Shown here: one piece after another, positions 28,934-40,287 of the stretch
Numbering within the stretch: the stretch's first letter is position 1
Layout of the letters: the number at the start of each line of letters is the position of its first letter
Source of the DNA: an uncultured Haloferula sp.
GTDB lineage: Bacteria; Verrucomicrobiota; Verrucomicrobiia; Verrucomicrobiales; Akkermansiaceae
Direction: 5' to 3'
NCBI GenBank assembly: GCA_965652295.1
Contig: CBFGTS010000008.1
Coordinates: 128,001 to 192,000 of the forward strand
Length of the DNA: 64,000 nucleotides
The notes under the pieces: generated by a model
Seen by the model: only the letters and a program-made list of their open reading frames with translations
Database searches by the model: none
What the model was told of the DNA's origin: nothing
Made by a program: the position numbers and the translations under genes

Positions 28934-29785
28934 ATGCCGGAAAGCCACGCCCTTGCGCAGCGATCGCGCCGTCACCGCCTCATGCGGTGCGGAGTGGCAG
29001 CTGCGCTGGTGCTGGCTCCGATGGCCCTCGCCGCGCCGAAAATCTGGATGTTCACCGGCGATCCGGGCGATCAGGAACACCATCAGCGCTTCGAGAAGCA
29101 ACTGACCGAGTGGCGGCGGATATTTCAACGGACTTATGGGGTGTCTGCGGCGGACATGAAGGTGTTCTACGGCCCGCTCGACGCCGGATATCATGGAGTT
29201 TGCACCAAGGAAACGCTGCTGGCGGAGTTGAAGGAAGCGGCCGCTGCGACGCGGGATGGGCATGAGGTATGGCTGATCTTCCAAGGTCATGGGAACACGA
29301 TCCCAGGTGGCGCGCTTTTCAATCTGCCCGGTCCCGATGCCTCAGCGCGCGAGATTTCCGAAGCGTTGGAGACGGCCTCGCCGGACACGCCGATGGTGGT
29401 CTTTGTCACCATGGCGGGGAGTGAAAACTACCTGCGGCCCCTGGCGGTGCCGGGGCGGGTGGTGGTGACGGCGAACTCCAAGGGCGACCCGGAGAACGAG
29501 AACGACTTTCCACTGGCCTTCACCGCGGCGCTCGAGGAGCGGGAAAGTGATCTGGATGGTGATGGCATACTCTCCGTCACCGAGCTGTTCCGCGCCTGCC
29601 ATGCCCGCATCGAGGCCATGGCCACCAGCAAAGGTTACATGATCCGCGAGCATGCCCAGATGGATGGCAATGGCGACGGCCGGGGCAGCCGCCGGCCGGC
29701 ACTGGCCGATGCCGAACCTGCGTCACGGATCGGTCTGCGCATCGGCGGCGGTGCCGCCGACGGTGCTCCACCGGACTTCGATTGA
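28934..29785 (+). CDS. Secreted hypothetical protein, caspase/C13-like fold
   Basis: Signal-like segment, LIFQGHG, GRVVVTA, DLDGDGILSVTE. Start could be 28982. Confidence 0.6.
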   Translation: MPESHALAQRSRRHRLMRCGVAAALVLAPMALAAPKIWMFTGDPGDQEHHQRFEKQLTEWRRIFQRTYGVSAADMKVFYGPLDAGYHGVCTKETLLAELKEAAAATRDGHEVWLIFQGHGNTIPGGALFNLPGPDASAREISEALETASPDTPMVVFVTMAGSENYLRPLAVPGRVVVTANSKGDPENENDFPLAFTAALEERESDLDGDGILSVTELFRACHARIEAMATSKGYMIREHAQMDGNGDGRGSRRPALADAEPASRIGLRIGGGAADGAPPDFD

Positions 29786-29812
29786 TCTCCTTTTTTCCTG
29801 CAAACAGACCCC

Positions 29813-30790
<978 letters not shown>

Positions 30791-30794
30791 TTTC

Positions 30795-31673
30795 ATGACC
30801 GCGACTTCCGTCATGGATCCCGAGGTATTCCTCGCGGTGGACGATCTTGAACTCGTCGGCCGTGGCTTGGCGGAATCGGTCTGGCACGGCCGTCATGGAT
30901 CACGACGGAGTGGCTCGGGGACCGAGTTTCACCGTCACCGCGGCTATCTGGCGGGTGACGATCTGCGGCGGGTGAACTGGGCGCTCTATGCCCGGCACCG
31001 GCGGCTCTACACGAAGGAAAGCCGGCTCGAATCGCGGCGGCCGCTGCATGTGATGGTCGATGCGACCGGCTCCATGGCCACGGCGCACGGGCGGTGGACG
31101 AAGCTTCATTACGCCGTGCGGATCGCGGCGGGGTTGAGTTGGTTGGCGGAGGGCCAGGGCGATCCGGTTGCCCTGGCGTTGGTCCGGGAGGGCCTGGAGG
31201 GCGTGGTCGAGCCCGGCAGCGGGCAGCGTCACTTCGCCGGCATCTGCGCCGCCCTGGCATCCGCGGAGCCCGAAGGTACGGGTGATCTAACGGTGGTCGC
31301 GGAACAGATCCCGGTCTTTTGCAAGCAGCCGGGATTCGTGGTGGTGCTGTCGGATTTTTTCGAAAACGAAAACCGCTGGCTGGCGGAACTCGCGGGACTG
31401 AAGGCGCGGGGTCACGATGTGATGGCGCTGCAGATCCTCGACCCGGCGGAGGTCGAGCTGCCGGAGAAGGGCGACTTCGAATTCCTCGACCTTGAATCCG
31501 GCTCGCGGCTCAAGACGAGCGCCGAGGCGCTGCGGACCGAGCACAGGGAGGTGGTCGCCGGTTGGCGCGCGGGCTTGAGGTCCGAGGCCCACGCCCGCGG
31601 CATCCGCTGGACGGGCGCGACGACGGACGAGCCGATGGTGCCGCTGCTGCGCGAGTGGCTGGACCGCCGATGA
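30795..31673 (+). CDS. DUF58 domain protein
   Basis: GRHGS..G.GTEF...Y..GDDLRRVNW; VVLSDF; directly after MoxR. Confidence 0.93.
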   Translation: MTATSVMDPEVFLAVDDLELVGRGLAESVWHGRHGSRRSGSGTEFHRHRGYLAGDDLRRVNWALYARHRRLYTKESRLESRRPLHVMVDATGSMATAHGRWTKLHYAVRIAAGLSWLAEGQGDPVALALVREGLEGVVEPGSGQRHFAGICAALASAEPEGTGDLTVVAEQIPVFCKQPGFVVVLSDFFENENRWLAELAGLKARGHDVMALQILDPAEVELPEKGDFEFLDLESGSRLKTSAEALRTEHREVVAGWRAGLRSEAHARGIRWTGATTDEPMVPLLREWLDRR

Positions 31674-31691
31674 AGGAACCGGCGCTGCTTG

Positions 31692-32258
31692 TCAGAACCT
31701 CCAACCGAGGCCGACGGTGACGCCGAGGGCGTCGATGCCGGGGTTCGGGGAGGTCTGGCCGCCGTTGGAGTGATGGACAAAGTACGCGCCGCCTAGTAGC
31801 GAGACGTTTTCACACAACTCACGGCGCAGGCCGAGGTTGGCGAACCAGTTCAGGGTGAAATCCTGGCCCTGGCCGCCGGGAACGCGGGTGGAGTCGGTGA
31901 GGCCGATGCCGCCGCCGATGGAGAAGAACGCGGACGTCGCCTCGTCGGCGAACCAATACTCGATCGAGGGCGCGCCGGAGACGCCGAGGTAGGCGGTTTC
32001 CGGACCCACGGTGAAAAGCTCCATCATCAGCGAGTAGCGACCGCGGACGACAAGGCGGGCACCGTTTTCCCCCTCCCACCAGTGGAGCTGGGCGGGGGTG
32101 CGGAAGGTGAACTGGGTGGGAACGATTTCGTAGTCGATCGGCGTGTTCGAGCCGACGTTCCAGAGGTAGCCGGACTCGAGGGTGAACTCCCACGACTCGG
32201 AGGGGTGGTCGGCGAGGGCGGTGGCGGAGCCGGCAAGGAGCAGCAGGAGCGGTTTCAT
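31692..32258 (-). CDS. PagL-like lipid A 3-O-deacylase / acyloxyacyl hydrolase outer-membrane protein
   Basis: Signal peptide, HHSNGG..PNPGID motif, terminal Phe. Confidence 0.82.
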   Translation of the reverse strand: MKPLLLLLAGSATALADHPSESWEFTLESGYLWNVGSNTPIDYEIVPTQFTFRTPAQLHWWEGENGARLVVRGRYSLMMELFTVGPETAYLGVSGAPSIEYWFADEATSAFFSIGGGIGLTDSTRVPGGQGQDFTLNWFANLGLRRELCENVSLLGGAYFVHHSNGGQTSPNPGIDALGVTVGLGWRF

Positions 32259-32292
32259 GGGGAAATCGGTAATCTGAAATCAAAAAATCCTT

Positions 32293-32808
32293 TCATGGCG
32301 TGTCGTCTTCGTCTCCGGGAACAGGGGGGATGAGGTCTTCTCGCAGCAGCAGGCGCTCGATGTCGAGATCGTCGAGGAGGTCGGCAGGGGTGCGGACGAT
32401 GGTGACGGCGTAGGGCGTGAGGCGGTCGAGTTCGGCCACGGCGCAGTGGACCATCGAGGTGATGATGTCGCCGTCGTACTTCTCGCGATCGAAGAGGTTG
32501 GTGATGCGGAAGACGAGGCGACTGCGGTCGAGATCGAACTCGAAGCCGCCGAGGTTGAGGTTTTTGTTGGCGCGGGCGAGGAGTTCGAGTACGGCGTGTT
32601 GGTGGTCCTCGTCGACCGGCAGGGCGGTTTCGCCGATGATCGCGAGCGCGTTCATGGGCGGGTAGGCCTGGGCGATGAGCTCGATGCGGGTGTGGTGGCC
32701 GGAAAAGACGGCCCGCAGGACGTCTTTTCCTTCCACGGGTTCGCAGTGCCAGCTGTTGCGCCCGAAGGCTTCTTCGACGGAGAGAATCTGGAGCGAGGGT
32801 GGTCGCAT
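32293..32808 (-). CDS. YbjN-domain protein
   Basis: VLELLARANKNLNLGGFEFDLD...VFR pattern. Confidence 0.7.
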   Translation of the reverse strand: MRPPSLQILSVEEAFGRNSWHCEPVEGKDVLRAVFSGHHTRIELIAQAYPPMNALAIIGETALPVDEDHQHAVLELLARANKNLNLGGFEFDLDRSRLVFRITNLFDREKYDGDIITSMVHCAVAELDRLTPYAVTIVRTPADLLDDLDIERLLLREDLIPPVPGDEDDTP

Positions 32809-32968
32809 GGCCGGAGCTTGGGTGAGGGCGGCGGTGAGGGAAATGCCGAAATGGGAATGAAACTCGGACGGCCTGAATGCTTGCGGTGCCATGGAAGCAC
32901 GGGTAGCTTGCGCCTATCCGATCCGTCGCCCGGAGTGGCGCGGCGGGATGAATTCCCAAAAACCTGTG

Positions 32969-33559
32969 ATGAAGAACAACCTGAAATACCCGGCCCGGCG
33001 TCGTGGCTTCACCCTGATTGAATTGCTCGTCGTGATCACCATCGTGGCGGTGCTGGCGGCGATGAGCTTTGCGGGGGTGAGCGTGGCGATCAAAAGACAG
33101 CGCACCGTCGAAGCGCAGACGATCGCCACCGGTCTGGAGACGGCGATCAACTCCTTTTACAGCGACTACAACCGCCTGCCGGATTTCACTCAGGATGAGA
33201 TCAAAACCAACACCGCGCAGGGTGAGGACCTTCTCCGGATCCTGCTCGCGGAAGAAGCCGGTCAGCGGGACCTCGATAACAGCCGCAAGGTGCGTTATCT
33301 GGAAGTGAAGGAAGGCAAAAGCAATCGCGGCGGCTTGATCCGCAGCAAGAGCGGCCAGCAATCGCCCGAGGCCCTCTACGACCCGTTCGGCAATCCCTTC
33401 ACCGTGGTGCTGAATCTGGATTACGAAGACGAACTTCGCTTCTCCATGGGCGGCAAGCAGTTCCGCCTGCGTGGCAAGAACGTGGCGATCTACTCGCCCG
33501 GCGCTGACGGCGAAGAGGGTACCTCGGACGACGTGACCACTTTCAACAAGCAGCCCTGA
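32969..33559 (+). CDS. Type IV pilin / GspG-like prepilin
   Basis: RRG|FTLIELLVVITIV cleavage site; DPFGNPF and YSPGADG...DD GspG-like C-terminus. Confidence 0.9.
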   Translation: MKNNLKYPARRRGFTLIELLVVITIVAVLAAMSFAGVSVAIKRQRTVEAQTIATGLETAINSFYSDYNRLPDFTQDEIKTNTAQGEDLLRILLAEEAGQRDLDNSRKVRYLEVKEGKSNRGGLIRSKSGQQSPEALYDPFGNPFTVVLNLDYEDELRFSMGGKQFRLRGKNVAIYSPGADGEEGTSDDVTTFNKQP

Positions 33560-33584
33560 ACGAAGGCTGCCTGAAGCATTTCCG

Positions 33585-33617
33585 ATCCCCGCAGGTTTGC
33601 GACCTGCGGGGATTTTT
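33585..33617 (+). terminator. Intrinsic terminator between convergent genes
   Basis: 12-bp stem ATCCCCGCAGGT/ACCTGCGGGGAT followed by TTTT. Confidence 0.8.
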
Positions 33618-35341
33618 CATTTGAACAGCGAGTCGATGCCCATGGCGGACTTGCGGAGGAACTTGGGCATGTCCTGTTTCCGGCGGGGCTTGAAGGCGCG
33701 GTAGGCGAAGCCGAGCAGGTGGAGTGTGAAGAGGTGGTCGATGAGCCGGTAGCCGCGCTTTTTCCGGAGCAGCAGGCCGGCCAACCAGCCGAGCGTCCGG
33801 CGTTTGACCTGAAAGGGCGTGAAGGAGAGTTTGATGCGGTAGCGCTGGCGTGCGGTCTTCGGCCACTGGCGCTTGTAGGCGGCCTTGGCGGACTTGAGGG
33901 CGGTGACGATTTTCTCGTCGTAGGGAAGGAAATAGTAGCGGCGGGCGAGGCAGACGATCCGGCAGAAATCGCGCCAGTGTTCGATGTCGCGGACCGGTAG
34001 GCCGGCTTCCTGAGCCAGGCGGATCATCCGCGGGAAAAGGTCCAGCGCTGCCTCGCCCTCGCGGAGGGCACGTTCGGGATCGCGGACGAAGCTCCGCAGA
34101 ATCTTGCGAACCGGGTGGTTGATGAACAGGCAGTCCCAGTAGAGATGAAGCAGCGGGGGGATGCGGACGCGGCGGAAGAACAGCTTCTGTTCGGCGAAAT
34201 CGCGGATATAGAGCAGCTCGTTGACGACCGTTTCGGCGTTGCGGAGCAGCTCGACGACTGCCGGCGCGCGTTCCGGACCGAACATCTCGCGCATGGCCTC
34301 ATCGGTGGTCTTTTCCTCCGCAAGGATGGCGGGGATAAGACGGGCGTTGATGCGGATCCAGGTATCGTCGCCAGCCTCCGGGAGAAACGCGAGCCGCCGG
34401 AAGCGGTGCCAGCCGCCGGTTTGGCACCAGGTGGAGATGCCGACGAGGTTCTGCGCCTGCCGCAGCTCGCGGGCGAAACGTTCGCAGTCGGTGCCGACGG
34501 GGGCGGGATACTCGCCCGCGCCCTCGTATTCGCGGCGGGCTTGGAACTCGATGATCTTCGGGTGCGGAATCCGGAAGAACGCCCGGTTCAGCGGCAGGTA
34601 GCGGAAGAAGTCGCTCTCGCCGTATTTCATCGAGACGATGAAGCGGGACGAATCGATGCCCTCAAGGGTTTTGGCGAGGGTGCGGCGGTGCCAGATGAGG
34701 TCGCCCACGCGATACGCGCCCACGGTCCAGGTGCGGAGAATCAGGTTTTTCCCGGCGGCCTCGGCGATGGGAACCAGCGCTTTCAACGTGCGGTTGGTAT
34801 GGGCGGTGGTGGTGAGGTGGAGGCGCGTGCGGATGGGGTCCTGAACGTCGATGCCATCGCTCTCGCCCAGCCGCAGGATCAACCCGTCGAGCGCGGGGAA
34901 ATCGACAAAAATGTCACGTACAAGTCCCGCGTAGTAGGTATCGAGCGCCTGGCGGTCGGTGCCGAGGATTTCCGCCAGCCGCGGTGTGAGCGGCAGGATG
35001 TCGGAGGTGAGGTAAATGCCGAGTTCCGCGGCGCGGATGATCTCGAAGATGGCTGCAAATTCTTCGCGGAAGACGGCGATCCGTTCGGCGATTTCCGGTT
35101 CATGCTCAGGGTGGGGAGCGAGGTGCCCGAGGTCGTCGAGGGTGACGGCGTTGTATCCCAAGTCTTTGACCTCCAAACAGAAATGCTGGATGTCTTCACG
35201 GACTCTGTGCCATTGGGCGGTACGACGAGGTCCCTCGGTGGCGAGGTGGGTGAAGGGGATCTTCGACCAGTTGATGCGGGATTTCTCATGCCCGCGGAAG
35301 AAGGGTCCGATGGCGTCGATGAGTAGCAGGCGGGGCGGCAT
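33617..35341 (-). CDS. Hypothetical protein, possibly distantly GH67-like barrel
   Basis: 574-aa ORF with normal composition; GYNAVTL, DGLILRLGESDG, SMKYGESDF, IEFQARREYEG. Confidence 0.6.
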   Translation of the reverse strand: MPPRLLLIDAIGPFFRGHEKSRINWSKIPFTHLATEGPRRTAQWHRVREDIQHFCLEVKDLGYNAVTLDDLGHLAPHPEHEPEIAERIAVFREEFAAIFEIIRAAELGIYLTSDILPLTPRLAEILGTDRQALDTYYAGLVRDIFVDFPALDGLILRLGESDGIDVQDPIRTRLHLTTTAHTNRTLKALVPIAEAAGKNLILRTWTVGAYRVGDLIWHRRTLAKTLEGIDSSRFIVSMKYGESDFFRYLPLNRAFFRIPHPKIIEFQARREYEGAGEYPAPVGTDCERFARELRQAQNLVGISTWCQTGGWHRFRRLAFLPEAGDDTWIRINARLIPAILAEEKTTDEAMREMFGPERAPAVVELLRNAETVVNELLYIRDFAEQKLFFRRVRIPPLLHLYWDCLFINHPVRKILRSFVRDPERALREGEAALDLFPRMIRLAQEAGLPVRDIEHWRDFCRIVCLARRYYFLPYDEKIVTALKSAKAAYKRQWPKTARQRYRIKLSFTPFQVKRRTLGWLAGLLLRKKRGYRLIDHLFTLHLLGFAYRAFKPRRKQDMPKFLRKSAMGIDSLFK

Positions 35342-35470
35342 GGAATCTGCCTATCTCGGCTATGGAAGCCCCGCTTGCAAAGAAGGTGAATCTGTCAGGA
35401 TCGTCACTTCCAGCAGTTCGCATCCCGAGGCTTGGCGACCGATGAAAAGCATGATCTTCTTCGATAACTC

Positions 35471-36127
35471 ATGGATATGAGAGGTCGTTATATCCCCCCT
35501 GTTTCACGTCATCTTCGGGTCAGTCGCGGCGCGGGCTTTTCGCTGGTGGAAATGCTGGCGGTGGCGCTGATCATTTCGGCGCTGCTGGCGGCGGGTGCCG
35601 GGCTTTTCCAGCGGACGGGTTCGGAAGCGGTGAAGACCGGCACGGAGAAGTTCGCTGCGCTGGTAGAGCAGGCCCGGACTTCGGCGATCACCCGCCGCAA
35701 ACCGGTGGCGCTGGCCTTGATTTCGCCTGGCGACCTGAGCCAGGGGGACGAGCTGTGCCGGATCGGCGTCTTCGAGCTGGAGGATTGGAAGAGCGGCGAG
35801 AAGGTCGAGGGGAGGCTGATCCAGCGATGGCGATCTCTGCCCGGCGGGGTGGGGTTTGTGGCAGGAGAATACGAGACGCTGGAGAACGTGATGGACGTCT
35901 CGCGTCCGTCCCTGAGCTGGAAGAACGGGGACGAGGAGGCCGAAGTCCCCTTATTGGTCTTTTCGGCTCGCGGCGGTTTGATGTCGCCGGCCGGGTCGAA
36001 GCCGGTGGTGGTGATTCTTTCCTCCGGAGTGCATCAGGACGGGCGGTTCATCCCGAGAAATGGCGGGGGACGACGTGTGATCCGAATCGGGAGGGTGGTG
36101 GCGAGGCCATGGATTCTGGACGTATGA
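35471..36127 (+). CDS. Minor (pseudo)pilin, GspH/FimT-like
   Basis: G|FSLVEML; EQARTSAITRRKPV. Confidence 0.85.
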   Translation: MDMRGRYIPPVSRHLRVSRGAGFSLVEMLAVALIISALLAAGAGLFQRTGSEAVKTGTEKFAALVEQARTSAITRRKPVALALISPGDLSQGDELCRIGVFELEDWKSGEKVEGRLIQRWRSLPGGVGFVAGEYETLENVMDVSRPSLSWKNGDEEAEVPLLVFSARGGLMSPAGSKPVVVILSSGVHQDGRFIPRNGGGRRVIRIGRVVARPWILDV

Positions 36128-36612
36128 AAACGGCGGGAGTCCGGCGTCAGCGGGGCGTTTCACTGGTGGAGGTGGTGGTTGCGATCTCGGTGCTGGCGGT
36201 CGCGGTTCCGCTTTCGCTGGCGGCGATGACCAAGGCGGCGGGAGTCTCGGGCAAGGCGCGTGCGGAGACCCGCTCGCCCTCGATCGCGGAATTCGTGAAG
36301 CTGGAGCTGGAAATGGCGCGGCGGGACCGTTCGGAGATTTTCGGCAAGCTCGAGGAAGGCCAGCTTTTAACGGAGGGGACGGCTCCGGTGCTGGGATTCG
36401 GGCGGGATGGTGCGTTCGTCGCGAAACTGGAGGCGGAGGAGTATCGCGACGGCGTCGAACGTAGATCCGGCCGGGACGAGATCTTTTTCGTGGCCCTCGC
36501 CACGACGCGCGAAGAGGAGCGGGGGACCCTCGTCACGGTCCACGTCTGCCACCCGGCCGCCCGCAAGGCCGAGGATCGGGAAGAAGTCGCCTTCCACACC
36601 TTGCTGCCGTGA
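36124..36612 (+). CDS. Minor (pseudo)pilin, GspI/PilV-like
   Basis: G|VSLVEVVVAI; ATGA overlap with the upstream gene. Confidence 0.85.
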   Translation: MKTAGVRRQRGVSLVEVVVAISVLAVAVPLSLAAMTKAAGVSGKARAETRSPSIAEFVKLELEMARRDRSEIFGKLEEGQLLTEGTAPVLGFGRDGAFVAKLEAEEYRDGVERRSGRDEIFFVALATTREEERGTLVTVHVCHPAARKAEDREEVAFHTLLP

Positions 36613-37355
36613 GAAAGGACCGTGGATTCACTTTGATCGAGCTGATGGTGGCGATGGGCATCGGCATGGTGGTCCTGCTGCTGGCGGTGACGAGTCTCGA
36701 CTCGGCGAGCACCGGGTACGGGCGGAACACCGATGGCATCGCCGCCGAGCGCGAGGCCCGGGCGGTGCTCACGCAGATCGCCGGGGATCTTTCCTCCGCG
36801 GTGTGGCACGAGGACACGGTGCTCGAGAACAAGGGCGGGGATCGACCGACGGATCGCCTGGGTTTTCTGATGCTCCAACCGGCCGACGCCCAGACGGAAG
36901 GCAAGCGGATCGGCGATCTGTGCGCGACGGTGTATTACATCAAGGACATCGAGACCAGCGGGCGGTCGATGCGCTGCCTGATGAGGGGCTTCCGGAACAG
37001 CGAGGCGACTTTCGACGCGTTGCGGGACCACGACGTGCCCTCGCTCTTCGCCGAGGAGGAGGCGGACGAGCCGGTTTCGTTCGGGGTGCTGTCGTTCGAT
37101 GTCTCACCGTTGCGGCGAAACGCGAACGGAGGCTGGGAGGAGTGGCAGGAGGATATCGTTGAGGCGTCTCCGCGCGTGCCTGAACCTGACGCGGTGAGAA
37201 TCCGGCTGGTGGTGGCCCGGCGTGAACTCGCGGCGAAATTAGTCCGCGCCGAGGACTGGACGGCCAGCCCGCGGCTGCCCGCCCACGACAGGGTCGGGGA
37301 ATCGAACCAAGTGGAAACCTATGAGATCGTCCAAGCATTCGCCCACCCCTCCTAA
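36609..37355 (+). CDS. Minor (pseudo)pilin, GspJ/PilW-like
   Basis: G|FTLIELMVAM; GTGA overlap with the upstream gene. Confidence 0.85.
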   Translation: MRKDRGFTLIELMVAMGIGMVVLLLAVTSLDSASTGYGRNTDGIAAEREARAVLTQIAGDLSSAVWHEDTVLENKGGDRPTDRLGFLMLQPADAQTEGKRIGDLCATVYYIKDIETSGRSMRCLMRGFRNSEATFDALRDHDVPSLFAEEEADEPVSFGVLSFDVSPLRRNANGGWEEWQEDIVEASPRVPEPDAVRIRLVVARRELAAKLVRAEDWTASPRLPAHDRVGESNQVETYEIVQAFAHPS

Positions 37356-40287
37356 CCGTGGCTTCACGCTGGCTGCGGTGCTGGTGGTGATGGCGGCGAT
37401 CCTGCTCCTCGCCGTCGGGGCGCTGGCGCTGGTGGGCATCGAGCGCAAAACAGCGCGCTCGTACGTCGATGCCCGGCGGGCGGAGTGGATGGCGGAGTCG
37501 GGCATGGAAGACTTCCGGGTCCGCCTGAAGGAGCTGACGGCCAACGACCACTATCTGGTTTTCAGCAAGGCTGATGAGGAGGTGGACCCGCTCCGCGAAC
37601 CGGCGGATTATCTTTTTCTGGCCCGCGGCAGCGGTGGCGGGGACGGCCTGACCTTCGAGGTGACGCCGCTTTTCAGCGCCGAGTTTGGGACCGAGGAAGT
37701 GGGGGATCTTGAAGAAACCGGGGACGTGGGCGATTTCCGCGGGATGGAACCGACGGCCTTCGAAACCCTGCCGTGGGCCGATGAGGTGCAGGTCGATTGG
37801 ATCGAGGTGAAGGACGATGCGAACCGGGTGGTGGGGCGCTATGCTTATTGGGTCGAAGACTTGCAGGGGAAATTGGACGCCAGCAAGGCGGCCTCCGACC
37901 TCGCCAGGGTGGAGCATCCGCTGACGGCCCCGGGAGTGGCGCTCGATCCCGACGATGGAGCCCGCGAGGGAGTGGAGCTGGCGTTTTACGCGCTGGATCC
38001 GGAGAGCGAGGGCGACGAAGACGACAGCACCCTCGACGACCGATTGGAGGAAGGGCGGGAGCTGCTCGTCTCGCCGGGTGCCGTGTTGGCTGCGGCGGGG
38101 ATACGTCCGCCGCTGGAGCGGGATGAACAAGGGGCGCTTGAGGATGAGCTCGCGGGTGTTCTGGAACGTCATGTGGCGGTGGGCTTGCAGCCGTATGAGG
38201 AGCGGCCGGTGGTGCCGTTCACGGCGGGCATTTCCGACGAAGCCGCGGGACAACCGAAACGGAACCTCAACGAGATGCTGCTCGATCAAAGCACGGAGGC
38301 TGCCGTGAACTCGTTCGCCGACTGGGTGGATGAAGCGTTGCCGGAGTTCGCCGAACGCGGTGGGGGATTCCCCGACGACTACCTCCGTACCATGGCGGCC
38401 AATGCCCTCGACTACGCCGATGCCGACAACGAGCCGACGCTTCGGGAAGGCGTTTATCGAGGCCTGGATGGCTATCCTTTGGTAAGCGAACATCTCGTGC
38501 GTTACCGATGGGACAAGGTTTCCACCCGTGACGGCCGGAAGTATGTGGAGATCACGGTGAAGGTGGTCGCGGAGCTTTGGAACATGACCGATCAAGCGGT
38601 CGGCGGGGAAATGCAGCTCAGCTACGAGACGAACTACCAGTTTCCCCTCGGCCCGGTGCCGGATCTGAACCTCGGGGCACCCGAGTTCATCGAGGATCCC
38701 GACGTGTTCTCGCCGCAGTTGGAGAAATCCAACGGCTACTACTGGTTTCCCGCCCAGAACGTGGCGATGGAGCCGAATGAGTATCGCCTCATGGTTTTCC
38801 CGGAACTCAAGTATGTCATCGATGCAGGGCCTTCGAGCGTGTTCGTCCCCAGCCCGATCTACATGACCGGTGAGGATCTCTGGACCTCCGCCGGAACCAA
38901 CGTCGGCTACCGGATGCGCTGGAACGGGAAGATGGTGGACCAGTCCCGCGGTTATGTGGTCCACCCGGACATGTCGCTCAACTATCCCGCGGACACGCAA
39001 AAACAGCCGCGCCAGAATGTGTGGGGGACGATCCCGGGGCACAGCTATTCCACCGCCCCGTTCCAGCATGCCAACAACATGGGGGACCCGCGCATGGCTT
39101 TCTACATCGGCCTGCCTCAAGATCCGAATGATTATCCGGACAACTACAGCCCCAACCGTCGCACCGTCCGCTGGGGGAATATCTATCAGGGAGACGGATC
39201 GACGAAGGCCAAGGTATATGGCCGCGTGATGCCTTCGGAATGGCCGGACGGCGGACACAATACGGGCTTCGGATCGATACCGTCCGCCGTATCGGCAGGA
39301 CGGGGAGGCCAGGACGGAGACCAGCGGATTGATCCGGACCACGCCCAGTTCTTTCAAAACATCCCGGAAACCGAGCCTTACAAGGCGCCCATGCGGATCT
39401 CGAACCTGGGTCGCTTCGTTTCCGAATCCGAACTCGGTCGTGTCTACGATCCCGTCATGTGGCTGCCGACCTATGACAACACTTCGGAGACGAACCAGAT
39501 CCGTCGTGGTCTCATGCCCGGCTCCCGGGCATCCTGGCCGTTGGTGGTGGAGGCGGCACCGCCTTCCGGCGACTACGGTGGGGGTAATAGTTTGCGCATC
39601 GGGCGGCCGGAGCATCCGAAGTTCGATGTGCCGGGACTGCACGCCGCGCACCTGTTGGATCTCTTCCACGCAGGCATGGAGGGCGATGAAGATGATATCA
39701 CCGGGGATCGGGTGAGGATTGATGGCAAGGTGAACCTCAATACCGCCTCGCGCGAGGTGCTGAGGGCGCTGGCTGTGGGCTACCTGAAACAGGATCCCGT
39801 CCTGGCGGAACAGCTCAGCCGGTCGCATCAGCCGACCCATCTGATGGCACCTCCGACGCGGAGCGCGGAAGAGGGGGCGCCGCGGCTGGAGATCGCGGGC
39901 GATGTGCTGGCGGATGCCATCATTCTGCGCCGCCCGATCACCTGCGCGGCTGAGCTGGCTGCGGTGAAGACCGCGGAGGATGAACCGGTTTTCGGAAACC
40001 CGGAATTCCATCAACTGGGCGAGGATCTGGAGTGGAACGATTCGGCCGCCGAGGAGGTTTTCGAGCGGGTTTACAATGCCTCCACGCTGCGCTCGCGGAA
40101 CTTCCGGGTGTGGGTCGTAGGCCAGTCACTCGCGCCGAAAGAGGCGGACTCGACCTCCGCTCCGGTGGTGATGGCCGAGTCACGCAAGGTCTTCACCATC
40201 TTTGCCGACCCGGGCGACCGCACGGACTCCGGCGACATCGATTCCTCCAACTACCGCCCGCGTGTCATCCATGAAAACGGTTTCTAA
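37321..40287 (+). CDS. Large PilX/GspK-like pseudopilin (Verru_Chthon cassette A-like)
   Basis: G|FTLAAVLVV (no Glu5); GRYAYWVEDLQGKLD; GKVNLNTAS; TLRSRNFRVWVVGQ. Confidence 0.82.
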   Translation: MRSSKHSPTPPNRGFTLAAVLVVMAAILLLAVGALALVGIERKTARSYVDARRAEWMAESGMEDFRVRLKELTANDHYLVFSKADEEVDPLREPADYLFLARGSGGGDGLTFEVTPLFSAEFGTEEVGDLEETGDVGDFRGMEPTAFETLPWADEVQVDWIEVKDDANRVVGRYAYWVEDLQGKLDASKAASDLARVEHPLTAPGVALDPDDGAREGVELAFYALDPESEGDEDDSTLDDRLEEGRELLVSPGAVLAAAGIRPPLERDEQGALEDELAGVLERHVAVGLQPYEERPVVPFTAGISDEAAGQPKRNLNEMLLDQSTEAAVNSFADWVDEALPEFAERGGGFPDDYLRTMAANALDYADADNEPTLREGVYRGLDGYPLVSEHLVRYRWDKVSTRDGRKYVEITVKVVAELWNMTDQAVGGEMQLSYETNYQFPLGPVPDLNLGAPEFIEDPDVFSPQLEKSNGYYWFPAQNVAMEPNEYRLMVFPELKYVIDAGPSSVFVPSPIYMTGEDLWTSAGTNVGYRMRWNGKMVDQSRGYVVHPDMSLNYPADTQKQPRQNVWGTIPGHSYSTAPFQHANNMGDPRMAFYIGLPQDPNDYPDNYSPNRRTVRWGNIYQGDGSTKAKVYGRVMPSEWPDGGHNTGFGSIPSAVSAGRGGQDGDQRIDPDHAQFFQNIPETEPYKAPMRISNLGRFVSESELGRVYDPVMWLPTYDNTSETNQIRRGLMPGSRASWPLVVEAAPPSGDYGGGNSLRIGRPEHPKFDVPGLHAAHLLDLFHAGMEGDEDDITGDRVRIDGKVNLNTASREVLRALAVGYLKQDPVLAEQLSRSHQPTHLMAPPTRSAEEGAPRLEIAGDVLADAIILRRPITCAAELAAVKTAEDEPVFGNPEFHQLGEDLEWNDSAAEEVFERVYNASTLRSRNFRVWVVGQSLAPKEADSTSAPVVMAESRKVFTIFADPGDRTDSGDIDSSNYRPRVIHENGF

